Part shown: positions 11,304-19,877 of the stretch, piece by piece | Numbering within the stretch: position 1 is the stretch's first letter | Layout of the letters: each line of letters begins with the position of its first letter | Assembly: GCA_965224025.1 (NCBI GenBank) | Contig: OZ245033.1 | Location: forward strand, 3,296,001-3,360,000 | Length of the DNA: 64,000 nt | Source of the DNA: Candidatus Multivorans sp. | GTDB lineage: Bacteria > Acidobacteriota > Thermoanaerobaculia > Multivoradales > Multivoraceae | Reading direction: 5' to 3' | Made by a program: the position numbers and the translations under genes | Notes under the pieces: generated by a model | The model's input: only the letters and a program-made list of their open reading frames with translations | The model's database searches: none | Told to the model about the DNA's origin: nothing

Positions 11304-14300
11304 TCACAGCAGTTTCCTGACGACCGGATCGATCTGCCAGTCGTCCGCGTCGCTTCGCCGTACAAGATGGAGTTTCTCAGCCACCCAGAGGGCGGAGCGA
11401 AGTTCGTCGTCGTTCAACTCGCAGTCGATGAGGTCGCGGGTCTCCGGGTCGAGAAGACTCTCGAGATTCGCGGAGCCGTGTGCGTCCAGAAGGCGTAAGG
11501 TCTCCGACAACGGGTGAAGATCCAGCCCGAACGCTGGCCGAAGGCGGTCGGCGCTCTCGGTGAGCACCCGATCGAAGCCGCTCGGGTCGACGAGGTCGGA
11601 TGGCTTGGTGTCGCCCTGAAGCCGCTGGACGATCAGCTCGATCAGGATCGGCCAACCGCCCGCGTTGTTCGCGAGTTGCATCTCATCTTCGGGCTTGAGC
11701 TTCTTGCCCACGGCGGAATCTTCGTCCAGACAGACAGCCGCAAAGCCCGGATCCCAAGGCCTGAGAGAGACTAGATCGACGTCTCCCTGGGCCAGCCACC
11801 CGTCCATTGCGTTCTGATGGGAAACCAACTGGCCTGGATCGAGAGCGAAGACGACGCGGGCAAACTTCTCGCGTGATCGGAGGTTACCCAGCAGGCGAAG
11901 CGCTTCGTCGACCCACTGTCCTTCCCAGCCGCCAGGAACGATGATCAGCGTCGTCTCGTGGCCACGGGCGTCGAGACGCCGCTTCAGTTCCTTCCTGAAA
12001 TCGTCGACGCTCGGCGTCGGCTCCAGGAGAATCGCTTCACCTCGTTCCTTCCCCCACTGCAGGAAACTCGCCACGTTCCCTAGTCCCGCCGCCTCTGGTC
12101 CGCAGACCAGGACGACGGCGTTCCCCCGTTGACGGGCGAGCCGATGTGCCGAGTCACCGTGGCCGGAGATCCGACGTTCCTGCCAGAGCGTCAGGGGGCG
12201 GGAACGGGGCCCCTTGTCGTCATGGCGTCTCCGGATCTCGAAGGGTCCGGGTTCCGGAGACGCAGGTCTCTTCTCGAACGATGCCAGCCGTTCCTCAATG
12301 TCGTCCTTGCGGCCAAGCAACGACAATACGTTCGGATTCCGCAGGCTGAAGCGGCGGCGGTCTGTTCCGCCGTACGTGCGACGAAGAACGCCTAGCTCGA
12401 CCATCTCGTCGAGCAACGCCCTGAAGTGTTCCGACTCCCTGTCGCTCTCCTCGAAACCCTGGGGCCACCATACGCGGACGTGACGAAGGACTCGGTCGTC
12501 CCCGATCCCTTTCCGCAGAAGGTCCCGGTCCTCGAGACAGGCGAACGCCACGGTGTAGGCGATCGCCTCGTAGCGCGGGTCGAGCTGGAGCGTCCACTCG
12601 AACCGTTGTCGGATCTCCCTTCCCAGTTCGCGGTCTCGTTGAAGAGCCTCCAGAAGATCGGGACCGATCGCTCGAACTGGAGAACCGGTAGACGCCGACG
12701 GGGCGGAGAGCCGGTTGACCAGCGTGGCGCCGTAGATCTGGAGAAGACTCGGATAGTAATTGGCGCGCGCGAGAACGCTGGTTGCAAGCCGCGTCGGTTC
12801 GAAGCGGTAACCGCAGGCATCGAGCGGCGCACAAAGCAATTCGTGGGCGAATCCGCGTTCCTCCCTTTCGATGAATGGCCCGATCCCGATTGGCCGCTCC
12901 ATATGAGCCAACGGGTGGTTCGACTGGGTAGTCGTGCGCACGACGTTGTGCAGGCCGGCGAAGACCACCTTGATCGAACGATCCTCGTCCATTAGGGACT
13001 TCAGGCGCGTCGACTCGGCGAAAGTCTCACGGCTGCTGTTCATGGCGTCTCGCTGCAGGAAGCGGTCCGCCTCATCAAAGAGCAGCAGGAGGGACTTCCC
13101 TGCAGTGCGGTTGAACTGTCTGAGGAGTGCGTCCCTGAACGCATCGACGTTCCGTCTGGTCGGCTGTCTGGTGCTCTCGTCGATCGCGTCGATGCGCCGG
13201 AGAGCCCGCCACATCGCGACCCAAATGTCCGACGTGTGTTCTTCGCCAACGCCCTCGGCCTTGAGATCGATCCAGGCCGCGAAGCGGCCCTCCGCGGGGT
13301 TCATGAATTCCCGCTCCACGTGTCTCAGCAGAGCGGTCTTGCCCAACTGGCGGCCACCGTAGACCAAGCAGGACCCTCTCTCGAAGTCCTGAATCTCCGT
13401 CACTTCGGCTTCGCGTCCGAAGAACATCTCCGGCGGCACTCGTCCTGCGCGCGGCACGAAGGGCTGGTTCCAGGTGAATGGAAGCGCACAGGCGAAGAAG
13501 GCAGCCAGCCGGGAACCGGACTGGGCGGCCATGAAGATGAGGAGCGGCTCGTCGAGAGTGACCAGCGTCAGCGATTGTTCGTCGCTCAGGCGCGCCAGTC
13601 GCATGTGGGTGCGCTCGCCGACCGGATTGAGGCAGATTGCGATTACGGCTTCCCTGCCCGCCTGCTGGAGGCGCTGGAGAATCGTCTCGGCGGTGGGCGG
13701 TCGGAAGAAGATCAGAAGCCTGTAGTTTCCGTTGGCCTCCGAGCCGAAGTGGGGCACCGGACAGTCATTGCGGCTCCTGAGTGCGGACGCCGTCATCCGG
13801 GCACTTGCGAATTCTCCTGACGCCTGCTCAACGTGAACGGAGACGTCCAGGAAGCCTCCAAGGTTCGAGAACAGTCCTCGGGTCGCTTTCCCGATGGCTT
13901 GCCGGTCTGTTGGGCGGCATCGCTTGAGCGCGCTCCAGCCGTCGAGCAGAGTGGCCGCGGACGCTCGTTCGTTCTGGTCGAGGCGATCGAAGCGCAGTGG
14001 GCCGAGCCGCTTGCCCTGTTTGGCAGAGTCGCGCAGGTTCGGCCAGTCCTCCCCGATCTCTCGCAGGCGTTTGCGGCCGATCGTGCGATGGGTGTCGCGA
14101 AGGCTCGGCCGCTTCGCTCTCTCGTCGCCGAACGCCGCGTGGTCGTCACCGGAGCGGTGGAGGAGCTCGTACGCCGTAACCAGATCGCCGTCGTCGATGT
14201 GCCGTTCGATTCTCACGCGCCGCGGGTCATCCGCGTCCGGGTATGCAGCATGAGCCTCGGCTCGGGCTGCGCTCAGGCTGGCCTGGCTGGCCGCCTCCAG

Positions 14301-17300
14301 TTCCCCCCGGACAGAATTGAGTTCGCCGTTCTCGTGGTTGAAGCGGACGGCCGTTTCCTCCCGGACCACTCTCTCGACGGAATCAAGTCGCGCTTCCAGG
14401 TCAGTGCGTTGCTCCTGCTCGATCTGCCCTTGGGCAAAGGCCAGATCAAGGCGATCGCGTACCTCCTCCAGCTCGGTTCGGAGCGAATCGAGCTGCTCCT
14501 GCTGGGTGCCGTGGATTCTCTGTTTCCAGGAATCGACGGCGCCGTTCTTCATGTCGCCTTCAGTTGTAAGCCAGTCCAGAATGTGCCGGGCCGTGTTGGT
14601 CTCACCGCTTTCTATGTTCCTTGCGAGAGCCTCGTTCAGTGGAAGCGGTTCTGCGTTCAGGAGCACGTCCAGTGCCGCTTCGGGATCGCCTTCGACGAGG
14701 CCACGCTCGTCTATTCGCAGGTCGGGGAAGCCGAAGAGCCCCGAGGCCAGGAGCGGTCGCGGATCGGGTTCATCCGCTTGCGGGCCGACGGTCGCGGGGT
14801 CTACCAACTGATCGACCAGCCTGAGCGACCGGAGCGCAACCGAGCTAGCCGCCCGAGTGAGGGCATGCTGTCGGTGTTCGGCCGCGATCGTTCCCAGTGC
14901 CGACTGCAGCGTCGGCGAGCCGCGTCGCAGCGCGCCGACCAGGTCGTCGATGACCTTCTTCAGGTGGCCGCCACCGGCTTCCGGCGCCGCCTCCATGGAC
15001 AGGTACCGTCGCGAGAGTTCGAGAGGCTCGCGGAGGTGACGCCTGAATTGTCGGAAGATCTTCGTGTCGACGCTTTGGCCATGCGATAGAACCTCATGCG
15101 CTAGGCGGTCGACGATCTTTCGCAGGTGCGACTCGTCCTCCAACTCGGCGAGCAGTCGGCGTACCTCCCCGTGTCCGCCCTGAGTGCGAATCGCTTCGAC
15201 CAGCCGACCGAGCTCGCCCGACGTGGAGAGCGCACGCCATACCTTGTTCGCGGGGGTGTAGGACAACGGACTCTTGGCTGGGCCTTCGCGCCAGGCATCT
15301 ACGTCTTGCAGCAGTTTCAAGAGTGCGTCTTTGTGGGTGGCCTGGTCCCTTGCCGTATGGAGGAGAGTCTCGGCGTCAATCCGCGCCTTCTGGACTTCCC
15401 AACTCCGGGCAGCGATCTCTTGGGCAAATCGGTAGAGCGGGTCGAGCCCCTCATGGACGAGGTCCTGGAGGAGAGAGGTTGCACCGGAGTAGGGCGCCAG
15501 CAACACCGCCGGCATGGCCGCAGCGAAGGAGATCAACGCCTCGGCGTTGATCGAGTCAGACTCCCGGTCGGTCAGGGCCTCCGCCGATGGCGCCTCCTCG
15601 ATCGCTAGTTCATACTCGGCGGACAGACGGCTGTTCGGGCGTGCGAACCGGCTTGCGTAGAGGGCTGCCTCAAGCAGCGCGGCCTGCGGCAGGCCGGCGT
15701 CGATCCCGAGTTCTTCGAGCAGGCGGCAGACGTGCGTCGCGTAGGCAAGGCGGGGCGGATCGGCGGCAAACGCGCGGGCAACCGCCTCTCGGGCGTCCAC
15801 GTGCACGCCGGGCTCGTCGGTCTTTGGCACGGCTTCGGCCTGGTCCCACTCAGGCGATGGCGGAGCGGCGGGCTGTTCCTCGGCCGGAACAGAGTCTTCC
15901 TCGGTGACGGAGGGTGCTCCGGTCTCCTCGGCGGCCACCGGCGATGCTGCGACCGTCGGTTCCTCCGGCGCTTTCGAGTCGGTGGGTTCGCCGCCGTCGC
16001 CGTCGCTCGGCGGGTCGACGCCCGTAGCGACCGGACGAGTAGTTTCGCCCTCGGCAGGTTCGGGTTCACCGGCATCGAACGCCGGCGCCAGCGCCTCGAT
16101 CAGAGCATCCTCCGCGGCTCGTCGTTCACGGCGGCGGCGGGTCGCCTCTTCCCGGAGATCGTCTCGCTCGTCGCGCCAGCCGCGGAGGGCCTGTCTATCC
16201 GAAGGGCGATTGGCGCGGAGCGTGTCGAGCCTGTCTTCCACCTCCCGGTGCTGCGTATCGGACTGTCGCAGATTCTCAACCAGTTGGCCGACCTCGCTCC
16301 GAAGGCGCTCGGTCTCTGCACCGGCCCTGGTCGGGTTGAGGGCAGGAATGCCCAACCAGGCGCCACGAAGTCGTTCAAGCTCTTCGGGATCGACCTCTTC
16401 GCTGGCTGGCTCTCTCTCGATTCTGTCCACGAGCGTACGCGCGAGAGACTGGAGTTCCTCGGTCGCGGTCTTGGCCTTCTGGATCTGTTCGACGCGTTCC
16501 TCGATCTCTTCGAGGTCGGCGATTGCTTGCCGCAACTCGTCGAGGACATCCAAGGCAGGCGGCTTCTCGGTCGCCTCCGTGGCGATAGCCGCCAGCGACT
16601 GGAGCCCCTCGCGCCAGGCAGCCTCGGTTGCCGCACCCCCTTCCGAGGGGGCCGCTCCGTCGCTGTCCCGGCTCACGAAGTCGGCGCCCGACGCCGACGT
16701 CTGGTCCTGTTCTTCGGCTGGAGCGGGAACTTCACCATGCGACTGCTCGTTGACGGGTTCGGGCGCGAGCACTTCGGCGTACTCCTCCTGAAGCTCGGGA
16801 ACCCGGGAGCCGGCCTTGTGCAGGATGCCGTGGTCGTCCAGGACGGTGGCCAGACAGAAGAGCTCGACCGTCTTCCACTCCCGCTCCGCCGTCGCCAGCG
16901 ATGGCCAGTCCTCCAGCCCTTGGAGCAGCTCGGTCGCCGTCTCCCGCAGCCTTGCGCGGTCGGGGGGCTTGTCGTTGCCGCCAGCGGCAGCTTCCGCCGT
17001 CTCGGACGATGCTTCGTCGAAGTACTTCCGGAGGACGTTGATCTCGAGACTCGGCGGCGTCTTGGAGTTGGGAGCGCCTTCGGCGTTCGGCCCATCGAGC
17101 CAAGTCTTCCAGAGTTCTCGGCGGTGGGCGGGGTTTCCGTAGAAGGCGAACATTCGTCTACGGTCGTAGTCGCCCGGCTTGCCGCTGTCAGGACCCAGGT
17201 CTCCGATACGGGCACGCACGAACTCGCGATCCAGAAGGCGGCGACGTTTGGCGCGGTTCAGGTACAGAGGCCGCTGGAGCTTCGCCAAGCCGGTCAGGCA

Positions 17301-17348
17301 GCGCGGGAGTCCATGCCCGAGCGCCAGACGGCGTTCCTGATCCTTCAT
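11304..17348 (-). CDS. Giant (2014 aa) STAND/AAA-type P-loop NTPase
   Basis: NQPF...PPEMFFGREAE, Walker A YGGRQLGKT (~13335-13360), Walker B LLLLFDEAD (~13065-13090), NYYPSLLQ; long helical/coiled N-terminus; second degenerate module (VVLVCGPEAAGL...GGWPILI). Confidence 0.85.
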   Translation of the reverse strand: MKDQERRLALGHGLPRCLTGLAKLQRPLYLNRAKRRRLLDREFVRARIGDLGPDSGKPGDYDRRRMFAFYGNPAHRRELWKTWLDGPNAEGAPNSKTPPSLEINVLRKYFDEASSETAEAAAGGNDKPPDRARLRETATELLQGLEDWPSLATAEREWKTVELFCLATVLDDHGILHKAGSRVPELQEEYAEVLAPEPVNEQSHGEVPAPAEEQDQTSASGADFVSRDSDGAAPSEGGAATEAAWREGLQSLAAIATEATEKPPALDVLDELRQAIADLEEIEERVEQIQKAKTATEELQSLARTLVDRIEREPASEEVDPEELERLRGAWLGIPALNPTRAGAETERLRSEVGQLVENLRQSDTQHREVEDRLDTLRANRPSDRQALRGWRDERDDLREEATRRRRERRAAEDALIEALAPAFDAGEPEPAEGETTRPVATGVDPPSDGDGGEPTDSKAPEEPTVAASPVAAEETGAPSVTEEDSVPAEEQPAAPPSPEWDQAEAVPKTDEPGVHVDAREAVARAFAADPPRLAYATHVCRLLEELGIDAGLPQAALLEAALYASRFARPNSRLSAEYELAIEEAPSAEALTDRESDSINAEALISFAAAMPAVLLAPYSGATSLLQDLVHEGLDPLYRFAQEIAARSWEVQKARIDAETLLHTARDQATHKDALLKLLQDVDAWREGPAKSPLSYTPANKVWRALSTSGELGRLVEAIRTQGGHGEVRRLLAELEDESHLRKIVDRLAHEVLSHGQSVDTKIFRQFRRHLREPLELSRRYLSMEAAPEAGGGHLKKVIDDLVGALRRGSPTLQSALGTIAAEHRQHALTRAASSVALRSLRLVDQLVDPATVGPQADEPDPRPLLASGLFGFPDLRIDERGLVEGDPEAALDVLLNAEPLPLNEALARNIESGETNTARHILDWLTTEGDMKNGAVDSWKQRIHGTQQEQLDSLRTELEEVRDRLDLAFAQGQIEQEQRTDLEARLDSVERVVREETAVRFNHENGELNSVRGELEAASQASLSAARAEAHAAYPDADDPRRVRIERHIDDGDLVTAYELLHRSGDDHAAFGDERAKRPSLRDTHRTIGRKRLREIGEDWPNLRDSAKQGKRLGPLRFDRLDQNERASAATLLDGWSALKRCRPTDRQAIGKATRGLFSNLGGFLDVSVHVEQASGEFASARMTASALRSRNDCPVPHFGSEANGNYRLLIFFRPPTAETILQRLQQAGREAVIAICLNPVGERTHMRLARLSDEQSLTLVTLDEPLLIFMAAQSGSRLAAFFACALPFTWNQPFVPRAGRVPPEMFFGREAEVTEIQDFERGSCLVYGGRQLGKTALLRHVEREFMNPAEGRFAAWIDLKAEGVGEEHTSDIWVAMWRALRRIDAIDESTRQPTRRNVDAFRDALLRQFNRTAGKSLLLLFDEADRFLQRDAMNSSRETFAESTRLKSLMDEDRSIKVVFAGLHNVVRTTTQSNHPLAHMERPIGIGPFIEREERGFAHELLCAPLDACGYRFEPTRLATSVLARANYYPSLLQIYGATLVNRLSAPSASTGSPVRAIGPDLLEALQRDRELGREIRQRFEWTLQLDPRYEAIAYTVAFACLEDRDLLRKGIGDDRVLRHVRVWWPQGFEESDRESEHFRALLDEMVELGVLRRTYGGTDRRRFSLRNPNVLSLLGRKDDIEERLASFEKRPASPEPGPFEIRRRHDDKGPRSRPLTLWQERRISGHGDSAHRLARQRGNAVVLVCGPEAAGLGNVASFLQWGKERGEAILLEPTPSVDDFRKELKRRLDARGHETTLIIVPGGWEGQWVDEALRLLGNLRSREKFARVVFALDPGQLVSHQNAMDGWLAQGDVDLVSLRPWDPGFAAVCLDEDSAVGKKLKPEDEMQLANNAGGWPILIELIVQRLQGDTKPSDLVDPSGFDRVLTESADRLRPAFGLDLHPLSETLRLLDAHGSANLESLLDPETRDLIDCELNDDELRSALWVAEKLHLVRRSDADDWQIDPVVRKLL

Positions 17349-17573
17349 CGGTGGGGCCTCCAGAGGGAAGCAGCGACTCTACACCGGTGATGGACGAATC
17401 AGGTCGAGGCTCGACTCACGTGAGCCTACCGGGGGGCATGATTCGGACCCATGAGCGGTACTGTGATCGGTCGGCAGACAGAGTTCCGGGCCAAGCGCCC
17501 CTGGCTTCGTGGCTGCTAACCGACCCTGGTGGGGAGGTGCGATCGCCCGGCCCGACCGCAGGGCCTGTCGGGG

Positions 17574-18140
17574 CTACGGCGCGTAGTACGGGTTCGTGCC
17601 CGCGGCGTGGTCGGTCGTGTCCAGCACGCGAGTGACGGACGGTACGGCTTCGAGGATCGCCTGCTCGACTCCCTGCTTCAAGGTGAGGTCAGCCATGCCG
17701 CAGCCCTGGCAGCCGCCGCCCATGGTGATGAACGCGGTCTCCTCCTTGACCTCGAGCAGGGTGACGAAGCCGCCGTGAGCGGCGATCTGCGGGTTGATCT
17801 GGTCGTCGAGGATGCGCTGGACGTCGGCCGCCGCCGAGTCGCCCCAGGCCGAGTTCGGGTTCTCGAACTTGAAACCGCTCTCGGACAGGCGGGTGACGAA
17901 ATCGATCGTGACGCCATCGAGGTCCGGGGCGCTCTCGGAGTCGACGTAGACCTTGAACGTATCGGTTTCCACCACCTCGTCGCCGGGCCGGGTCTCGTCG
18001 AGTCCGACCAGGTCCATCTGGTAGCGGAAGCCGCCGCCGGTGCGGCCGGTGATCGCGATGCGGAGGGCGAGGTCGTCGCGCTCTTCGTCCTTCATCGCTT
18101 CGGCGACCTTCTTCTGTGCCAGTTCGGTGATCGTTAGCAT
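17574..18140 (-). CDS. nfuA: Fe/S biogenesis protein NfuA
   Basis: HesB-like N-domain (GFKFENPN) plus NifU domain INPQIAAHGG...GGGCQGC. Confidence 0.92.
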   Translation of the reverse strand: MLTITELAQKKVAEAMKDEERDDLALRIAITGRTGGGFRYQMDLVGLDETRPGDEVVETDTFKVYVDSESAPDLDGVTIDFVTRLSESGFKFENPNSAWGDSAAADVQRILDDQINPQIAAHGGFVTLLEVKEETAFITMGGGCQGCGMADLTLKQGVEQAILEAVPSVTRVLDTTDHAAGTNPYYAP

Positions 18141-18190
18141 GCGCCACATTCTAGCCCCAGAATCCACTTAGCCGAAGGAGTACCCGCGCC

Positions 18191-18982
18191 ATGAGTTTCG
18201 AGCACATCCTGCTGGACCACCAGGGCCCGATCACGCGGTTGACCCTGAACGTGCCGTCGCAGTTGAACGCGATGACGCCGGCCATGGGCGCTGAGATCAG
18301 GGACGCCGTACGACTGACCAATGACCGGGGCGAAACCCGGGTGGTCATCGTGCGCGGCGCCGGCCGCGCGTTCAGCGCCGGCGGCAGCCTGAAGAGCATC
18401 CAGGAGGAAGTGAGCGAGGATCCTGGCGCGGGCCCGGGCCTCGGCGGCGGCGTGAACTTCTACCGTCTTTACCTCTCGGTTCGCGACCTCGAGGCGCCGT
18501 CGATCGCGGCGATCAACGGCCACGCGATCGGCGCCGGCCTGTGCTTCGCGCTCGGCTGCGACATGCGGGTCATCAAGACCGGTGCGCGGGTGGGGATGAC
18601 CTTCGTGCGGCTCGGGATTCACCCGGGCATGGCGGCGACCTGGACGCTCCCGCGCCTGATCGGCCCCGCCCGCGCCGCCGAACTCCTGTACAGCGGTCGG
18701 CTGATCGACGCAGGCACGGCGGTCGAATGGGGCATCGCCAGTCGAGAGGCGGACGAGGACTTCGACCAGGTCGTCGAGGACCTTGCCATGGAAATCGCGG
18801 CGGCCGGCCCGGTGGCGGTGAAGGCGACGAAGCGGACCGCGCGCGGCACCTTCGAGCGGACGATCGACGAGGCGCTGGACCTGGAGAACGCGGAGCAGGT
18901 GGTCACATTCGGCACGGCCGATGCGCGCGAGGGGGTTCAGGCTCTGAGCGAGCGGCGATCGCCCCATTTCGTGGGCCGGTGA
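18191..18982 (+). CDS. Enoyl-CoA hydratase/isomerase family protein
   Basis: AFSAGG, IAAINGHAIGAG, CDMR, LPRLIG. Confidence 0.92.
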   Translation: MSFEHILLDHQGPITRLTLNVPSQLNAMTPAMGAEIRDAVRLTNDRGETRVVIVRGAGRAFSAGGSLKSIQEEVSEDPGAGPGLGGGVNFYRLYLSVRDLEAPSIAAINGHAIGAGLCFALGCDMRVIKTGARVGMTFVRLGIHPGMAATWTLPRLIGPARAAELLYSGRLIDAGTAVEWGIASREADEDFDQVVEDLAMEIAAAGPVAVKATKRTARGTFERTIDEALDLENAEQVVTFGTADAREGVQALSERRSPHFVGR

Positions 18983-19067
18983 GCGACCCCGCAACCGCGG
19001 CGAGGCCCAGGCTCCTCGGGGACTGTGCGGTCCCGCGTTCGGCGTGGGCGAAGAGTAAGCTACCGCG

Positions 19068-19877
19068 ATGCCCACCGCGGCGGCGCTGATCATCGGGAAC
19101 GAAATCCTCACCGGCAAGGTCGAGGAGGCGAACCTGACCCTTCTGGCGCGGGAGTTGTTCGGCCTGGGAATCGAGTTGCGGCGGGTGGTCGTCTGTCCGG
19201 ACGACACCGCCGGCATCGCGGCCGACATTCAGAGGCTCAGAGGCCGTTTCGACTACGTGATCACGTCGGGCGGAGTCGGTCCGACCCACGACGACGTCAC
19301 TCTCAAGGCAGTGGCTGACGCTTTCGACCGGCCCCTGGTGCGCTCTCCGGAACTGGTGACCAAGATCCGCGAGATGGTGGGGGCACGCTGCACCGAGGGT
19401 CACCTTCGAATGGCCGACGTGCCCGAAGGCGCCGACCTGGTCAACACTCCGGACGTGCCATGGCCTTCGGTGGTGATGGGCAACGTCTACGTGTTGCCCG
19501 GGGTGCCGCGGATCTTCCGCATGAAACTGCCCCTGCTGCGTGACCGGTTGGCGGCCGGCCGGCGGTTCTACAGCCGCGCCGTCTACACACTGTGCCGCGA
19601 GACGGACATCGCCGAGATGCTCGATTTGGTTGTTGCCGCTCACGCCGACGTCGAGATCGGCAGCTATCCAGTGATGGACGGGGACTACCGGGTCAAGCTG
19701 ACGGTCGACAGCCGCAGCCGCGCCGCCGCGGACCTTGCCGTGGAAGCCCTGGTGGCGGCCTTGCCGAGCGGCGCCGTGGTGCGCGTGGAGGGCGGCCGTT
19801 TCTCGTCGGGACCGGCCGCGGCTGCAGGTAGTGCAGGTAGTTGCAGGGAACAGGTAACGACGAAGGGGAAGCCATGA
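19068..19877 (+). CDS. CinA-like molybdopterin-binding domain protein
   Basis: IIGNEILTGK, ITSGGVGPTHDDVT, LPGVP, IGSYP. Confidence 0.9.
   Translation: MPTAAALIIGNEILTGKVEEANLTLLARELFGLGIELRRVVVCPDDTAGIAADIQRLRGRFDYVITSGGVGPTHDDVTLKAVADAFDRPLVRSPELVTKIREMVGARCTEGHLRMADVPEGADLVNTPDVPWPSVVMGNVYVLPGVPRIFRMKLPLLRDRLAAGRRFYSRAVYTLCRETDIAEMLDLVVAAHADVEIGSYPVMDGDYRVKLTVDSRSRAAADLAVEALVAALPSGAVVRVEGGRFSSGPAAAAGSAGSCREQVTTKGKP

Noticed and set aside
17351-17635. 94-aa plus-strand ORF upstream of the giant NTPase
   Set aside because: Overlaps the nfuA end and the probable promoter region; no features
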